Assembly: GCF_018977255.1 (NCBI RefSeq)
Contig: NW_024704743.1
Location: forward strand, 48,362,001-48,426,000
Reading direction: 5' to 3'
DNA from: Callorhinchus milii
Taxonomy: Eukaryota
Length of the DNA: 64,000 nt
Shown: piece by piece, positions 37,728 through 51,969 of the stretch
Layout of the letters: every line of letters begins with the position of its first letter
Position numbering within the stretch: the first letter of the stretch is position 1
Notes under the pieces: model-generated
What the model saw: only the letters and a program-made list of their open reading frames with translations
Databases searched by the model: none
What the model was told of the DNA's origin: nothing
Position numbers and translations under genes: made by a program

Positions 37728-40700
37728 GTAAGAGTTGTTTTTAGTTCTTAACCACAATGAATTTTATTTTCAATAATTTATATCAATACACTTGAAATAC
37801 ACTTTTGAGAACGTCTTGCATTTGTAAATTTCTTAGGGGATTCACATGATTGAACAATTAGTATGATTTTTGAGCAGGTCTGCTGCTGCTTAGAAACTAA
37901 CTAAACATTAGGTTTTGCGCAGCAAGTGAATGGTTGGGATCTTTCCAAGCTGCGGTTAACCTCAGGTTCCTTACACTTGAAAGGGTTTGAGGGATGGCTG
38001 CATGCCCAAACATTATTTGAAATTCATGCAAATTATTTTCACTGACTAGTAATGTTTTTCAATTGTGTGGGGTGATTCAGTGTTCAATCTGCACGTCTCC
38101 TTTCATCTCCCTTGAAAAGCGAATAAAGCAGTTCAATTGAAAACCATTACCCTGAATATAGTATTAAACTCCGGTCTTAGAGGACATCCATTGCTTCCTG
38201 GTCAAAGCTACAAAAAATATTTCATGTCACTCAATGGCAGAACTGGTACAGTACACAGAGAAACTCTCATCATTTAAATGATAGTGGTGTTGAAATGTCT
38301 TACTGTTCCTAACATGTCATTTATTACAGTTAATTTAGCTTGTAATTAGGCTTATTTTTTGGAATGTCCCGTAACCTGACACACATAAATTATAATTTTT
38401 ATTTATATATGATGCAAATGGTCAACTTCTGGGTTGTTAGGTCATCACTGATGTCACTTTCTCCACACTGCAGCTAACCAGTGCATCCCGCACATAACAC
38501 GTATGCATAACATCCAGGAAGTGACATTAATGTTGCTTCCTGAATATAGCATGCATGCACAACGCACAGGAAGTGGTAACCTGACAACCCAGAGGTTATC
38601 CAAGTTTTGTACCCCAAAAAAAGTGGAAGTTATCTATTATATGACTAAAATCAATCAGAAAAAAAATTCCATCCATCCCATTTAAAATGAATGTTGTATA
38701 TATGCAGAATGTGTAATAACTTCCTTTATATGATGCATGATATCTTTTTTTAAACTAATAGGATTAATTGTTTTACTTGGCATTCACTTTCCAGCTTTTC
38801 AACAAAATACAGTATATTGTTTACAGAATGCTGAAATAATCAAGGTTAATTCATTGCTGTTGTATCTATGTGGTACTGGGTCCCTGCATATTTAAAGTAA
38901 CCACAAATATTTCCAGGTTTCTTTTGTTGAGGAAATACTTCAATCTTAGTACAGTTTCCACTGATGTTTATAAATTACTTTTACGGATTATGACCTCATG
39001 AGAACTGCTTCATTGAATTAGAGACATAACTCACTGTCAGACATGTATTTTCCTATCTTTACAAGGATGAATTATCTAGGTCTTTCTCTTAAGTGAAATA
39101 TGTTGTCATTCTTTTTTCTCCTTGTGTGCAATGCCTAAACAGTTGCAACAAATCTCATGAGGTAAGCTTTTTTTCTTTTGAGCAGTCCAGTGTAATCTTG
39201 TCAGTGACTCTAAGCATTTGCTTGAGGTTGTTAGTTATTACTGAATTTACTTATTTCCCTCCAGTTCTCTTGCTGCTGTCACACATGGAAGATGTGCTGT
39301 CTAACTTTGACCTTGAGTTGTGTACTCCTTTTTACACTTCCAGCAATCGAATGATTCAGAGCAGGAAGTGAATTTATACTTCATCAGAATTGTTAAAACT
39401 GGGATGGAGAAGAGTTCTGCATAGCTAACCAGCACTCAGATTTTAAATGTTGTTAAGGAGACAGAAGTGAACGATCACTCTTAACAGTAATACAACACTG
39501 AACAACTTGCAAGTACTTTGGAACATCCTCCTGACATGAAAGGCTATATAAATGTAAATTTGTATTTTATTTAAGTAGCGCTTATCACGTAGGGTAGAGT
39601 TCCAAAGCATACATTCAATAAAAGAGAGATTTTTAGGAAGCTTTTAAAGATTGATAGAAAGGGGCAAAGCGGAGGAGTCTAAGGAGTAAGTTTCAGGTAT
39701 GAGGAGACAGAGTGCTAGGCTTAGGGCGGGAGCTCCAATTTGAAAAGACATAATGGCAGAAGGTTCAGTCGGCTACTGATGCTGATTTGGAGGGAGCGAG
39801 GAACGAACAGCAGACTCGACTTTGCCGAGCAGAGCAAGCAGGAGAGCAAAGCAGAAGAAGGTCACAAAGATAGGGAAGACATGCAGAGATTTATATGTGA
39901 AAGTGAGGATTGTGGATATGTGAAAACTGGAAGACACTGGAGTCTATCAAGAATGTTGGGCATGTGAAGCTTAATGTGGATAAGGGTGCAAGTTGACAAA
40001 TTTTGGATCAACTGTGCTTTCACCAACAGGGCATTACCTTTGAGGAGGATTAATTATTTTACTATTTAAAACATAACTATAACACGAACTACAGTTAAGA
40101 ATCAGGACTAAAGGAACCCACATAGAAAATGTACTATGAAATCTTGGATGCCTAAAATGTACTGTATTTTAATGGGACTTACACATGGTGACTTCTCCTG
40201 GTAACTAGAAGTACGTTACAGCAGCCCCACTCCAGAATTAGATTGATCAGTGTGTTGCACGTCTGGTTACTGGCAAGAATCATGTTACAAATATTACATT
40301 TAAGATCTGATTTTCTCAATTCTCTTATAACCCTATTGTGGACAGCCTCTTTTTGATAAATCTGACTAAAACATTGCAAAAAACAGTTGAAAATAACTAC
40401 TTTATTGAGCCCTGTGTTTGCAATAGTGCATTTTAACTGCAAATTAAATGCATTACCTTTTTGTGATTCGGGTTTGAATCCACATTTGCCTACAGCATAA
40501 CGAGTGGCAACACTGTACAGTATATTCTGTGAAGCATTTTGAGATGTCCTCCTGATGTGAAAGGCACTATTTCAAATACAAGGATTATTTATTTAATCTC
40601 CTCTCTGCTGATTAAAGGTCCTACAGACAATTAATTTTGACAATGTCAGCTCAAAGCAAGATGGGATCACAGCACAATATTCGCCATAAATTGGGAATAT

Positions 40701-42908
40701 CACTTGGGTTGGCTAATGTGAAAATGTTGATTTGGTACAGTAGAGATTCCTCTGTATACTTGTGGTGATATGTAGTGCCCTCAAAATATTGTATCACTTT
40801 AAAAGTGTTCCATCTATTATTTGCTATTCGTAGAATTGCTTAAATCAATTTATTTTACCCTTCTGTTTAGTTTTGTATTCTACAAACACAATTAATTATT
40901 AAGACAACCCAAGGCCTAAAAATCACAAATCATAAACTGTATTTGGAAATTATTTTGCTGACATGATCATGGGTCTTCTCACAATAAAGCTTAACATCTG
41001 GGCTAAACATAATTTTCTCCAACAATAATTGGTACCATTCACCACTATGCTCATTATTTTAACCTCCTTCCCATTTGTATATTGTATTCCATGGCTGAGA
41101 ATAGAAATTGGCCATTTGTGAAGCAGATTGAATACAACTATGCAATTGTAAAATCACTGTTAATGCTCCATCGGTGCTAATGCTGTTGCAAGCACTCACA
41201 TTACCTTATATTAGTTGGGTGAAACTTACACACTTGCCTTGAAAGGTTTCTAGTCAGTGAGAAATTACCCCCAAAATTTGGTATGGTATTTTATGGTTAT
41301 TCTTTCATTATTTCAATGCATGCTATGACTTGCATAAAATAAATTAGAATATTCATACTGTAGTAATAAAACTTCCACTTCATATTTCTGACTAAAATGT
41401 ATTTTAGCTTTGTGATGCGAGATGAAAATAACCAATATTTCACTGAAGTTTATAGAAGTAAAATAGTGAACATTTCTGTGTAAATTATTGACCATCAGTA
41501 ACAGGATATTGGAAATCATTCACCTAGTGGACATCTGGAATAAGTAACCAGGAACTCAAAGAGCTTGTGGACCCTCGTTTCCAACTTCATGGTTGCATTA
41601 TTTTACTAGATCTGGCTGCTCTAGAATTATCTGTACATTGCACCCAGTGATGCATTGTCAGAAGTTGGCACAAGTTAGTAAATAGTCCCTACATTTAAAT
41701 TTTTTTTTGTTTCAAACGTTGACTGAAATTGTGCAGAATTCTTTGGCCCTTGAACTGTTGTCAGATTATGGATTAATGTTTCTAACATGCGGGCAATTGT
41801 TTGAAAGCAGAAATTGTTTCCATAGAGGATGAAGATGAACTGAGTAACATTTGAATTACAGATGTTGACCTTGGTTGTTAACTATATAATATGACCACAC
41901 CAGCTTGTTACCTGTCTCTATTTAAAATTCTGTGTATTACGAGATTTTCAATTCCCAGTGATGCTGCAGGAAGTGTGTTACTCACCTCCTTTTTGTATTG
42001 GAGAGGGAGTGAGCAGACCAGAGTAAAGCAAATCGCTTGCACCACTTAACTTGGAACTTATACCATGAATCGCAACCTCGGATATTGTTCTAACACAAGC
42101 ACATTGCCCTTGATGCTCACATGAAGAGAACATTCTGTAATTGTGCTCCTTTGAAGTAGTTACAGGAACCCAAGAACATGTTCATGTAAAAGTACAGTCT
42201 GAAACAGTCAGGACCAATAATGAGCTAAACGACTTTTTTAAAAGCACCTTATGGCCTCATGAATGTTTACTTTGTTCCATGCTTCTCAATTTTGGCACAG
42301 TTGGCAAATTTCTTGCCTCTGGGTTAGAAAATTGTCGGTTCAAACTGCACTTCAGAATTGAGGCATAGTCTAGGATGTCACTCCAGTAAAGAGAATCTGG
42401 CATTGACCATATATCAGTTGCAGTAATACTACACCCATTGCAAAACTCATTGAATCCCATACCATCTTTTGCAGATTATTTTTTGTGATGTTTCCCAGAT
42501 AAAATCATCTATTTCTTATCTCAGAGTTAAAATGTACAACACTTTTAACATGGAGATGGATTCTACATGGAGACTGCATCAGATCAATGCAAATATTTAT
42601 CAGAACAGCAATTGTTCACAAATATGATTATTGGTTCAACTACCAATGCTTGCTGTACATAAAGTTGAATAGTTATGTTCATGATATTTTTTGCCGAGAT
42701 TCGATTTTTTCCGAGACTTCTCATGAAAATGTGACTATTAAAATATTTTACCTTGATTTTTTCATGTGCTTTATCATATTTCAGTTCACATAAAATCATA
42801 GAAATTTACAATGGAGAAGGAAGCCATTCGGCCCATCGAGACCACCAGTGGTCAGAGCAAATTATTCTTCCAATCCCAATGCACTTTCATATACTTGTCT
42901 ATTTCTGT

Positions 42909-43165
42909 AGAGTCCTGTAGCTCAGTTGTTAGAGCACTCGCCTCACAAGCGAGAAACCTGGGTTCAATTCCCGGCAGGACGAAATGTTGGGGAAGTTTCC
43001 TTGCTCCACATGGCTCTGTTTATCTAGCAGTAAGTAGGAATCCAGTTGTTAGTCAAGTGGCGTATCGTTTTTCTGGGAGTAATAATTTCTTCAAAAATAA
43101 ATAAATAAATTGGTCACTCAATCACGACTGTTTGTTGGACATTGCTGTGTGCAATTGGCTGCCGG
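42909..43165 (+). mobile_element. SINE family B, long subtype, 3'-truncated
   Basis: Head gagtcctgtagctcagttgttagagcactcgc; ends after caattggctgcc. Confidence 0.85.
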
Positions 43166-44225
43166 TTATTATTTTATTTTGAGAATTATTATTTTGAGGT
43201 AGGATTTTACAATTTCTTGGTCACACAACCACTAAACAAGGCAACATGTAACATCACGTTTCTGCATTTATTCATAAATTAGTGCAAGTATCTCTATAGT
43301 TGGTACTGGTGCTTCTTTCTGTGAGGAACCTTGTGAAAAGGCCATCCCATTTGCTAGCAGCTTTACCTAATGTAATCAACTCAGACCCACTAGCTTTACC
43401 CAATTTGGTCTCATTCTTCTAAAATACCCATCATGTTGTCCTCTCATAACAGCCTCAAACTTTCTGAATTGAGTGTTCTCAAACACTTCCTGGTAATCTG
43501 TTCCAGTCATTCATTAAAAGATCTCTAGTTGTGTAAAGAAATACTTTAAACATTAAGAGTTAAAAATCTATTTGTTTTATTTTTACTTGTTTAGTTGCTC
43601 TCTGATATTCTGGTTAAGTGTATATCTACCCCAGTATCTTTCAGCAAGCGCAGACAATCACATCCTTGCTTAAGTAGGAATGACATTGGCATTAACTTAA
43701 TGACTCAGAAGCAGGCCACTTTTTGCCTAAAATAAATTGCCAACTTCTGGGTCATCCAGCCATCGACAACATCACTTCCTGCTTTGCATATGCGCAGTAA
43801 GCAGGATTTGACATTGGTGATCACCGGCTGACCTAGAAGTTGGTTATTTTTCTTAAAGCACAGAAACTGGCCGGCATAGAGGAAGCATGTCAGGCTATTG
43901 CAGACAACCCACTATCATACCTCACTATAGCATGGGTTGTGATTTTATGGATCCCAAACATGGGGTTATAATAGGGCTCCACTGTATATAAATGTTATCA
44001 AAATAATATCAAATGATACATATATAATAAAATCTCTTTGTTAGATGGACATTCAACTTGTTACATTGTTATATTATTGGCTCAATAAAAGTAGAGTAAA
44101 TTATGGCTTTACTACCAAAGTACACAACATGGATATATTAGTAACGAAGTGTAGCCAAGTTGTTATCCAAATACACAGATACAAGCTTGTTCCAAAAAAT
44201 GACTACAAACATTTTTAAAAAAGTG

Positions 44226-44583
44226 ATAATAATAATCCTTACATTTGATATAGGGCTTTTCACATCTTCTAGACATCTCAAAGTGCTTCACAGACTATAC
44301 CATAAAGTGAATTATTTGTGGGCAAACGCGGCAGCCAATTGCGCATAGCAAATTGTCCCACAAACAGTCGTGGATTGAGTGACCAAATTATCATTGTTTT
44401 TTAGGGATTATTATCCCAAAAAAGCAATCCGTCAATCGACTAACAACCAGGTTCCTACTTACTGCTGGGCAAGCAGAGGCGTGTGGAGTAACGAAACTTG
44501 CCCAACATTTCGCCCTGCCGGGAATAGAACCCAAGTCTCTCGCTTGCGAGACGAGTGCTCTAACCACTGAGCTACAGGACTCC
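44226..44583 (-). mobile_element. SINE family B, long subtype, full length
   Basis: Complete head, body and tail on the minus strand. Confidence 0.9.
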
Positions 44584-46016
44584 ACTGTAGCAGCTTTAAT
44601 AGTAGCTTTACAGCTTTTTCATCATTTTAGTGATGCCATCAGACTCGCACAGTAATGTACTGGTAATCTGCAGCTGTTCTTCAAAGGTGAAGTTTATTTA
44701 CTGCAACCTTTCCACCAGAGTCATGAAGCAATATCCAAGTATTTTCAAATCGTTGAACTGTGAAGCCGGTTTTAACCCAGATGCTAGCCAGGATCAGGGG
44801 GTCCTTTGAGTCTGTTTATATTCTTGGCTAGCTTCAGGTTGGAGCTTATATTTAAGAAGGTGGGGAACAGTTGCTTTTGTGGACCTCTGCCAAGAACACG
44901 GAGATGTATGTAATAGCTTCTTTTATATGGGCTGGAGAACTTGCCTGCTACGTTTGTTTGGTCAGCCAGGTGTTTGACCACATCCAGAAAGCCATCACCA
45001 TGTTTAAGGGTATCCAAATCAGAGTGAGAGTTCCATATATGTATGCCATTTATATATGGAATTTTCCCTGTGTTGGTATAGAATGCCCGCACTCTCCCTG
45101 GAGGGGCGCACCCTCCTTATCTAATTCCCCAGAACATTAGCAATTTTTCTAATATGAAGCCCTTGCAGAATAGGTTGTGATTGCTTGATTTATATATTTT
45201 GACTCAACTTTTGTTGACGGAGGAGGGTGAAATCTGACAAGTGAGTATAGGCTCACTGCATAGACATTTTTGTTTTGGCTTACCTGAAAACTAAGAAAAC
45301 TGGTTGACCAGGGAGGCTGAAAATTTTCTCTCTACTGCCAGCAGTCGGTGCCAGGAGCAAATTCTCTTTATTCTATGGGTTTGGCAATGAATATGCTCAC
45401 CAGGCACTGGCCTACTACATGCCCCCCCTGCCCCACCATCAGCAGTCAGGCTTTCAGTCCATCTACCCTCACTCTCTGGAACTCCAACCTGGAGTCCCTT
45501 CAACTCTCTTCCTGCCTCACCTCTTTCAAGGTCCGTCTCAGGATTTTTCTCATTGACTGCGCTTTTGGTCATCTTTTGCCCTCCGGTTTCTACCCCACGA
45601 TGAAGGGTTTGAGGCAGCAAGTTTGAGGCCTAATGGCTAAAAGCACGTACCGCCATTGGTGGAGCGGAGGGAACATGCAGGAGGCTGGAATCAGCTCAGC
45701 GAAGGCAACCGGTGGTGGAGTGGGTGTAAGCAGGTCAGAGAGATAAGGAGGTGCCAGGCATGAAATGATTTATACACGAGTGTGAGGATCTTGAAATCAG
45801 TCTGTTCTGTAATAGGGAGCTAGTGGAGCCTGGGTTGATGGTGGTACGAAAATTACATATGAATCATAAAGATTATTATTGACCTCCCTTTCAGATCTAT
45901 TTCTGGCTAGCTTTTAGTCACTATGCTGAATCTTTGGAAGTTTCTCCCTCATTCACTCTGCCTTGCCCACTCCTTCCCCTTTTACAGATCACGCCTAGAA
46001 ACCTTCCTCTTTTCAT

Positions 46017-46840
46017 AAAAACGTAAGAACATAAGAATTTGCTCGGCGAAAGAAGACCTTGGTCTATCTAGTTCGCCTTCCACAATCCTGGCAGTCGCTT
46101 AACATGTCGTGTCCCAAACTATATCTTATATCCTGAGATATTATTTTCTAACAGAAATCTAATTTGTTCTTGAAAGAATCCACATTTTATACTTCCACAA
46201 TTTCCCTAGGGATGCTGTTCCATTGTTTACTACTCACTCACTGAAGCAGTGTTTCTGAATTACCCCCCTTCAATTGCAGACTGTGTCCTCGGGTTCTACT
46301 ATTCAGTACAAGATCAAACAGCTTATCATGGTCTACATCATACAGTCCCTTTAGAATCTTAAAGTCCGAAATCATATCGCCCCTCAACCTTCCCTTCTCC
46401 AGTTTGAATATGCCCAGTTTACCTAATCGCTCCTCGTAGTGCGGTTCCACCATCCCCTCCTTCATTTTGGTTGCCCTCCTCTATATCCTGTGAATCGCTG
46501 CAATATACCTTTTATATAGCGGTGACCAGAACTGCACACAGTATTCCAAGTATGGTCACACCAGTGATTTATAAAGTGGTAGAATCACCACACTTTTTCT
46601 GCTCAATATTGCCCTTTTAAAACAACCCAGCATCTGGTTTGCCTTACTGACTACTATCGAGCACTTTTGCGATAGCTTCAACTCATTGTCAATTAGAACC
46701 CCCAGGTCCTTTTCATTTTCTGTACAGATTATTTTCTTTCCATTTAAATAATAGTCCCTTCCTGGATGTTGTTCCCATGTGAAGCACTTTGCATTTCGCT
46801 ACATTGAATCTTGAATGCCATCGATTTGCTCAATTCTTCC
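46017..46840 (-). mobile_element. CR1-clade LINE 3' fragment
   Basis: YEERLGKLGIFKLEKGRLRGDMI..FKILKG...RTRGHSLQL motif, a DLGV motif near 46700 and a (ttcttatg)-type tail. Confidence 0.9.
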
Positions 46841-49800
46841 ATCGTCCTTACTGTCACCTCTTCCCGCGGCTCGGCATCAGGCTCCGCCACCATTAAGTGC
46901 TCCGAAATGTTACCCAGCGTGAAGGGCACTACATCAATGCAACGTGTTGTATCTTTTCCCCCTCATTTTGGACTCAGCAAAAAGTGGAAACCGCCTGTCC
47001 ACCTTACCATTTTCTACCTTTTTATAATTTTGAACGCCTCTGTCTCAATAAAGAAACTTTAAACATGTCACCTCAAATGTTACAATCGTACCATAAATCA
47101 AATAATTGCCAATTTAATTTAGGGGGTAAATCGATCTTCAATCAAAACTTCCTAATAAAAACACAATATTGTATATAATACAGCACAACAATACAATACA
47201 AATTTACATTTATATAGCACCTTTCACGTATAAAACATTCATATCATGTAATGAACTGTAATTTTCAAAAGTAAAATCAGATTTGAATAATTCAATATCT
47301 ATTGAAATGTCATATCTTATTTAGATCATTTTCCCAAAGTACTTTTGGTTACTAATTAAATTGAGTATTTTTGCAGCTAATTATTGAAGTTACCAATCAC
47401 TTTTTGAACACTGTCTTTCAAGTATCAAACCAAAAGGTACTGAAAACAGATCTCACTTGGTTTAAATTTAGTAGCTGCCAATGAATTTTGTCTGTTTTCA
47501 GAGAACAGATCGTAAATACTTGTGTATAGATGAGAAACGGTGGCTCATGGCTTTAGCAGCTGCTGGGTCAAGGTTCTGTTGAAGAATGACTAGTTTCTGG
47601 CTCTATTCTGTTGTTTTCGTCATAAATAGCGTCGAGTTTGCATTGAAATTTCTGACATAGCCCATAGGAAAATCCCATTCACAAAATTATGTTATAGGGC
47701 CACTCTTTTACAAAATCCAGATATTGCCTCCTGTCTCTGAGTAACAGAATGCAGACGTTGTAAATGCCAGCAAAAAGGATGACAATGTGTGTGAATGAGA
47801 GCCTTCTCAAGAATACAGTACTGTACTTCATGAATTTGTATCACAAACTCAAACGTAGTGAACTTCGATTTTTTAATTTATATTTGAATATTTTTGTATA
47901 GGCTCCAGACTGGAAATTGCAGATGCTTCATTTTAAATAGCTCTAGGTCTCAGTCACTCCATGTACACTGTACTACACAGCAGGGTTAGCTGGGAAGATA
48001 AATCCTAAGCCTAGTTCACTTCTATATGTGCAAAAAGATTGATTATTTATGATCATGACACAAACATCAAGGATACTGATCATTCAGAGGTTTTTGTACA
48101 GCTGCTGATCCATGGACTTTACAGTAAGAATACACTGGTATCGAACCAATTCAGAATTGTGGTTCTAAGCTTTCAGTGCTTGTATCAACAGTCTAATTTT
48201 GGCTGTTTGCATTAGAAAATTAACTTGATTTACACTAGTACAAAGATGCCACTGCAAACAGTGCAGCTTTATCAGCAGAAGCAAGAGTGAGCTGAACAGC
48301 ACTGCAATTCTATGTTGGCATTTCATGTATGTCATTTCTAAATTAATTTCTGCTCCACTACACCATATACAAGATGACTTATGAAATGCCTGTAGGATCA
48401 GTTGTATGGTAACCAAACAATACAATACTTAAGCATTTTACAGTAAGGGTCTTAGTTTATGTGGGAAATTATTGTTTAGCTCTGTTTGCTAAAGCTTTGT
48501 TTAATAGATAAAATAACAACAACAACAACTTGGATTTATATAAAAGTCTATGGCAGTATTGATCTTGCTTTCTGTCTGGTGTCATTTTCTTTGTTGGTCC
48601 CTATGAGCACCAGCAAAAAATATAGCACGTTGCACCTGCACAGCATTCAAGTAAACTGGTACAAGATCAAACCTTTTGTGCATCCAAGTACACCATCGTG
48701 TGGTTGAAAAGGGAAGTGCCTCTCAGTTTGTGTGTATTTTTCTTGCTCTTTCCTTTTAATTTTCTAACCATTAAGCATTTCAGTTTTGTAAGACACAGGC
48801 TATCTGTGAAACAAAATAATTATTTTAAGTTGTATGTGAAGGTAAGATTATTCTGAATAGTCTAATGTAGATACAGTAATTGTAATGAAGATAATGTTTG
48901 CTTCATACTGAATATAAAAGAATCAAAGACTGACTCCTCCATTTTCCCGGTAATTATAACACTTAGAAAATGATATCTACAGTCTGAGGAACTTTATATG
49001 ATTATTCATCTTCAAAATTTCAGTCTGTTTTAGATCTTACTGATTGAAAAACCATTCATATAAATTTACACTATGACAAAAAGAAAATTCCACTTCTCTT
49101 TGTGATTGTCCAGCTTGGAATTTATGCTTCTGCAGCAGATTCTTTTCATACATTTTTCTCAAAAAATTATTTTGCCTCTCCCCTTAGGCATGATTGGGCC
49201 TGGCAGACTATAGCCAACAATATATTTTTATGAGGAAAAACAATGAAATAAAAAAGCAGGTACACAGAAATAGATTTTTAAAAACACAGCAAATCTCACT
49301 GATCACAGATTAGTCTGTCTGTAGATTCCTCTTATCATTTTAATAGCATCTTCCTCAAATAATTCCATTTGCTTTAGAATGTCAACAAATTGTTCCGCAA
49401 TTTATATTCCTTCGTATATGGGTCTGATAGTCTTAAGATGATAAGTAATCATTTACTTTGTAGCTAAAGATTCTAAGTACACTATCTAGATATTTTTGCA
49501 CAATTACAAGTTCTGCTGCATGACTTCTCAGAATGTTTAGGTCACTAATGATAATGAATTTTTAAGAGGACAAAAAAGTTTAGTCCCATTCCTCTGAACT
49601 AATTGCCACGTATCCAGGAACAATACTTTGTTTTAGTTGGACTCCAGAGAACACACTTTCCAATATTTTAATACTATGAAGCATTGAACCAGAAAAACAT
49701 TTAGTCCATTCTTTCATCCCAATCTGTTTCCTGGAGAAAAGATCTTTGTGGAACCCCATACATTATCAAACTCCAGAACATTCAGCCATATCCACATATT

Positions 49801-51969
49801 CACTCTTCAACCCTGGCCTTCCTGTCATAGGCAACATTTTCCCTCTTTCCCCATTCTCCGTACCCCGACAGAACCTATTGTGTAAAATATTGCTTAGAGT
49901 TTGAAATATTTCTATACTCTTCTATAGGTAGCAACATTTGTATTTAATTCATGCTTTGTTTCTATATAATTGGTTTGGCTTTTGTTTTTGTATTTTAAAT
50001 TCTGTACATATTACGAAGATTCATTAAATAATAAATATTTTCAAATATTTGTGTATTTTACCACTATGATGGACAATAGTGCTTAAGAGTTAACACATTT
50101 TATTTCCACCAAATAGGTCACTGTGGTTTACATTTTCTGAACTTTTCTCACCTACATGATATACAAATGAGTTAATCTTAATCAATCTATCATCTCCAAT
50201 TTCAAAGTATTCATTAACAGGTGGACAAGCAGACTGAATAGAGATGTTTTAATTTTTTTAAGAACAAATTGTTTTGTACAGGCACATATTTGAAATCTGT
50301 CATAATTTTACTTTTTGTAACCACAGAAAGTATTTTGCTGACGTTGCTATCAACAAAACCAGGCTCCTGTTGTGGTGGTTATTTTTTAGATTTACAACTC
50401 ATACCCTTTTATTCTTTCTTGTTTTCCATTTGCTACAATTATCAAATGCCTCTTTTACTCGAAAGCCTCTGATTTATGTACTCATTGCTTTTATGTGTCT
50501 GTGCATTTTTGCATTTTAACCTATGGTCCTTCTTGCCAATAAATCGGATTGCTGTTAACTATGTAATGACTAAAGAACCACGGTTAAACCATGTTCAGGA
50601 ATAAGATGTTTAAATGTTCCAAGTAGTTCCGCAAATATCATTAATAAGACAATGTTATAGATGATCTCCCTTGTATTGACATGCTTGTATTGATAAGCTG
50701 CCGTTCTTTGGTGAAGTAGTTGGGGGTAGTTATCAACATATTCTATGATGAAAAATGTATTTGAGTACTGTAGGCTAGTGAAATGGTTATCCCAGGCACA
50801 ATCTTTCTGTGCAAACAATAAATCACTTTTAAAAGCACTGAATCAGTCACTTTTAATGTACTGTAATATAAATGTTTTTACCTACAGACATATTGGTGAG
50901 CTGAGTATTGTACTGAAGAAAACTGTCTTACCAACTGATTGATGTTTCCTTGCTGTAATAAAGATATTTACACCAATAATATAGAGTAATATCTATATAT
51001 TATGTCTCATAGATACTTGATTTTGATGCCAGGAAAGTACTATACTTTGAAGAATGAAAGTAGTAAGATAAGAGTTAATAGCAGTGTGAGAGTGATAACT
51101 GTGTAGTAATAGGCACACATTTGTAGTAATTTAAATGAGAAGAAAATGTAATTGAGCCGCTGTTCTCTTGACCTACAAGACAAAACTGAAATATATTTAC
51201 TATACTCGAGTGGGTTCCTGTGCATAGAAATTAACCTTGTGTCTATGAGTGGTGACTTTATTGACCTTTTTTTAAAATGCTATTTGCAATTTGGCACTAC
51301 TTATAACCCATTTTTACTTGACTTAAATCTTATTTAATGTTGTTTTAGAAAGATGAATTTAGCTAGTTTCATAATTCTTCAATACCTTACATTGTAGGTT
51401 TCCATCCTTACATGTATGTACCCAATAGACTTTGGTTATTACTTTATCTCTGGGCAATGATAAAAGGCTGCCCAAATATTTAGCCCAGTGTTTCACAAAT
51501 CATAAATTACTTTTGGTAGAAGTCTGGAGTTGACTGCTAAGTATCACAATCACCACAGATTATAAAATTATTATGCAATTTCCTCAGAGTTGAGCACGTA
51601 AACCCATACACCATGAAATGTCATGCCACAGGTTAACATAGTTCACGCTGCTTCAGTAAATTAATTGTCCAATGTTAAGACCGTTTGTCCACCTAGAAAA
51701 TTCTATTGAGCAACTTTGCTTAATGTGTGAACATTTCTTTGATATAGAGGAAATTGGTAAAATGGCTTAACAGTAGAAATAGTTATTTGTGTTTCAAGTA
51801 GATCCAGAATTGTTATCCAGTACAGTATTTACAGTAATTTAAAAATTTTGACTGAAATAAGTTTGGATTAATTAGTTTTAGTATTAAAATTAAAAATGTA
51901 CTTTAAGATTAGTGTTTTAAGAGTTAAGGAATACTTGACTTATCTTGAGTGAATTAGAAAAATATGATG

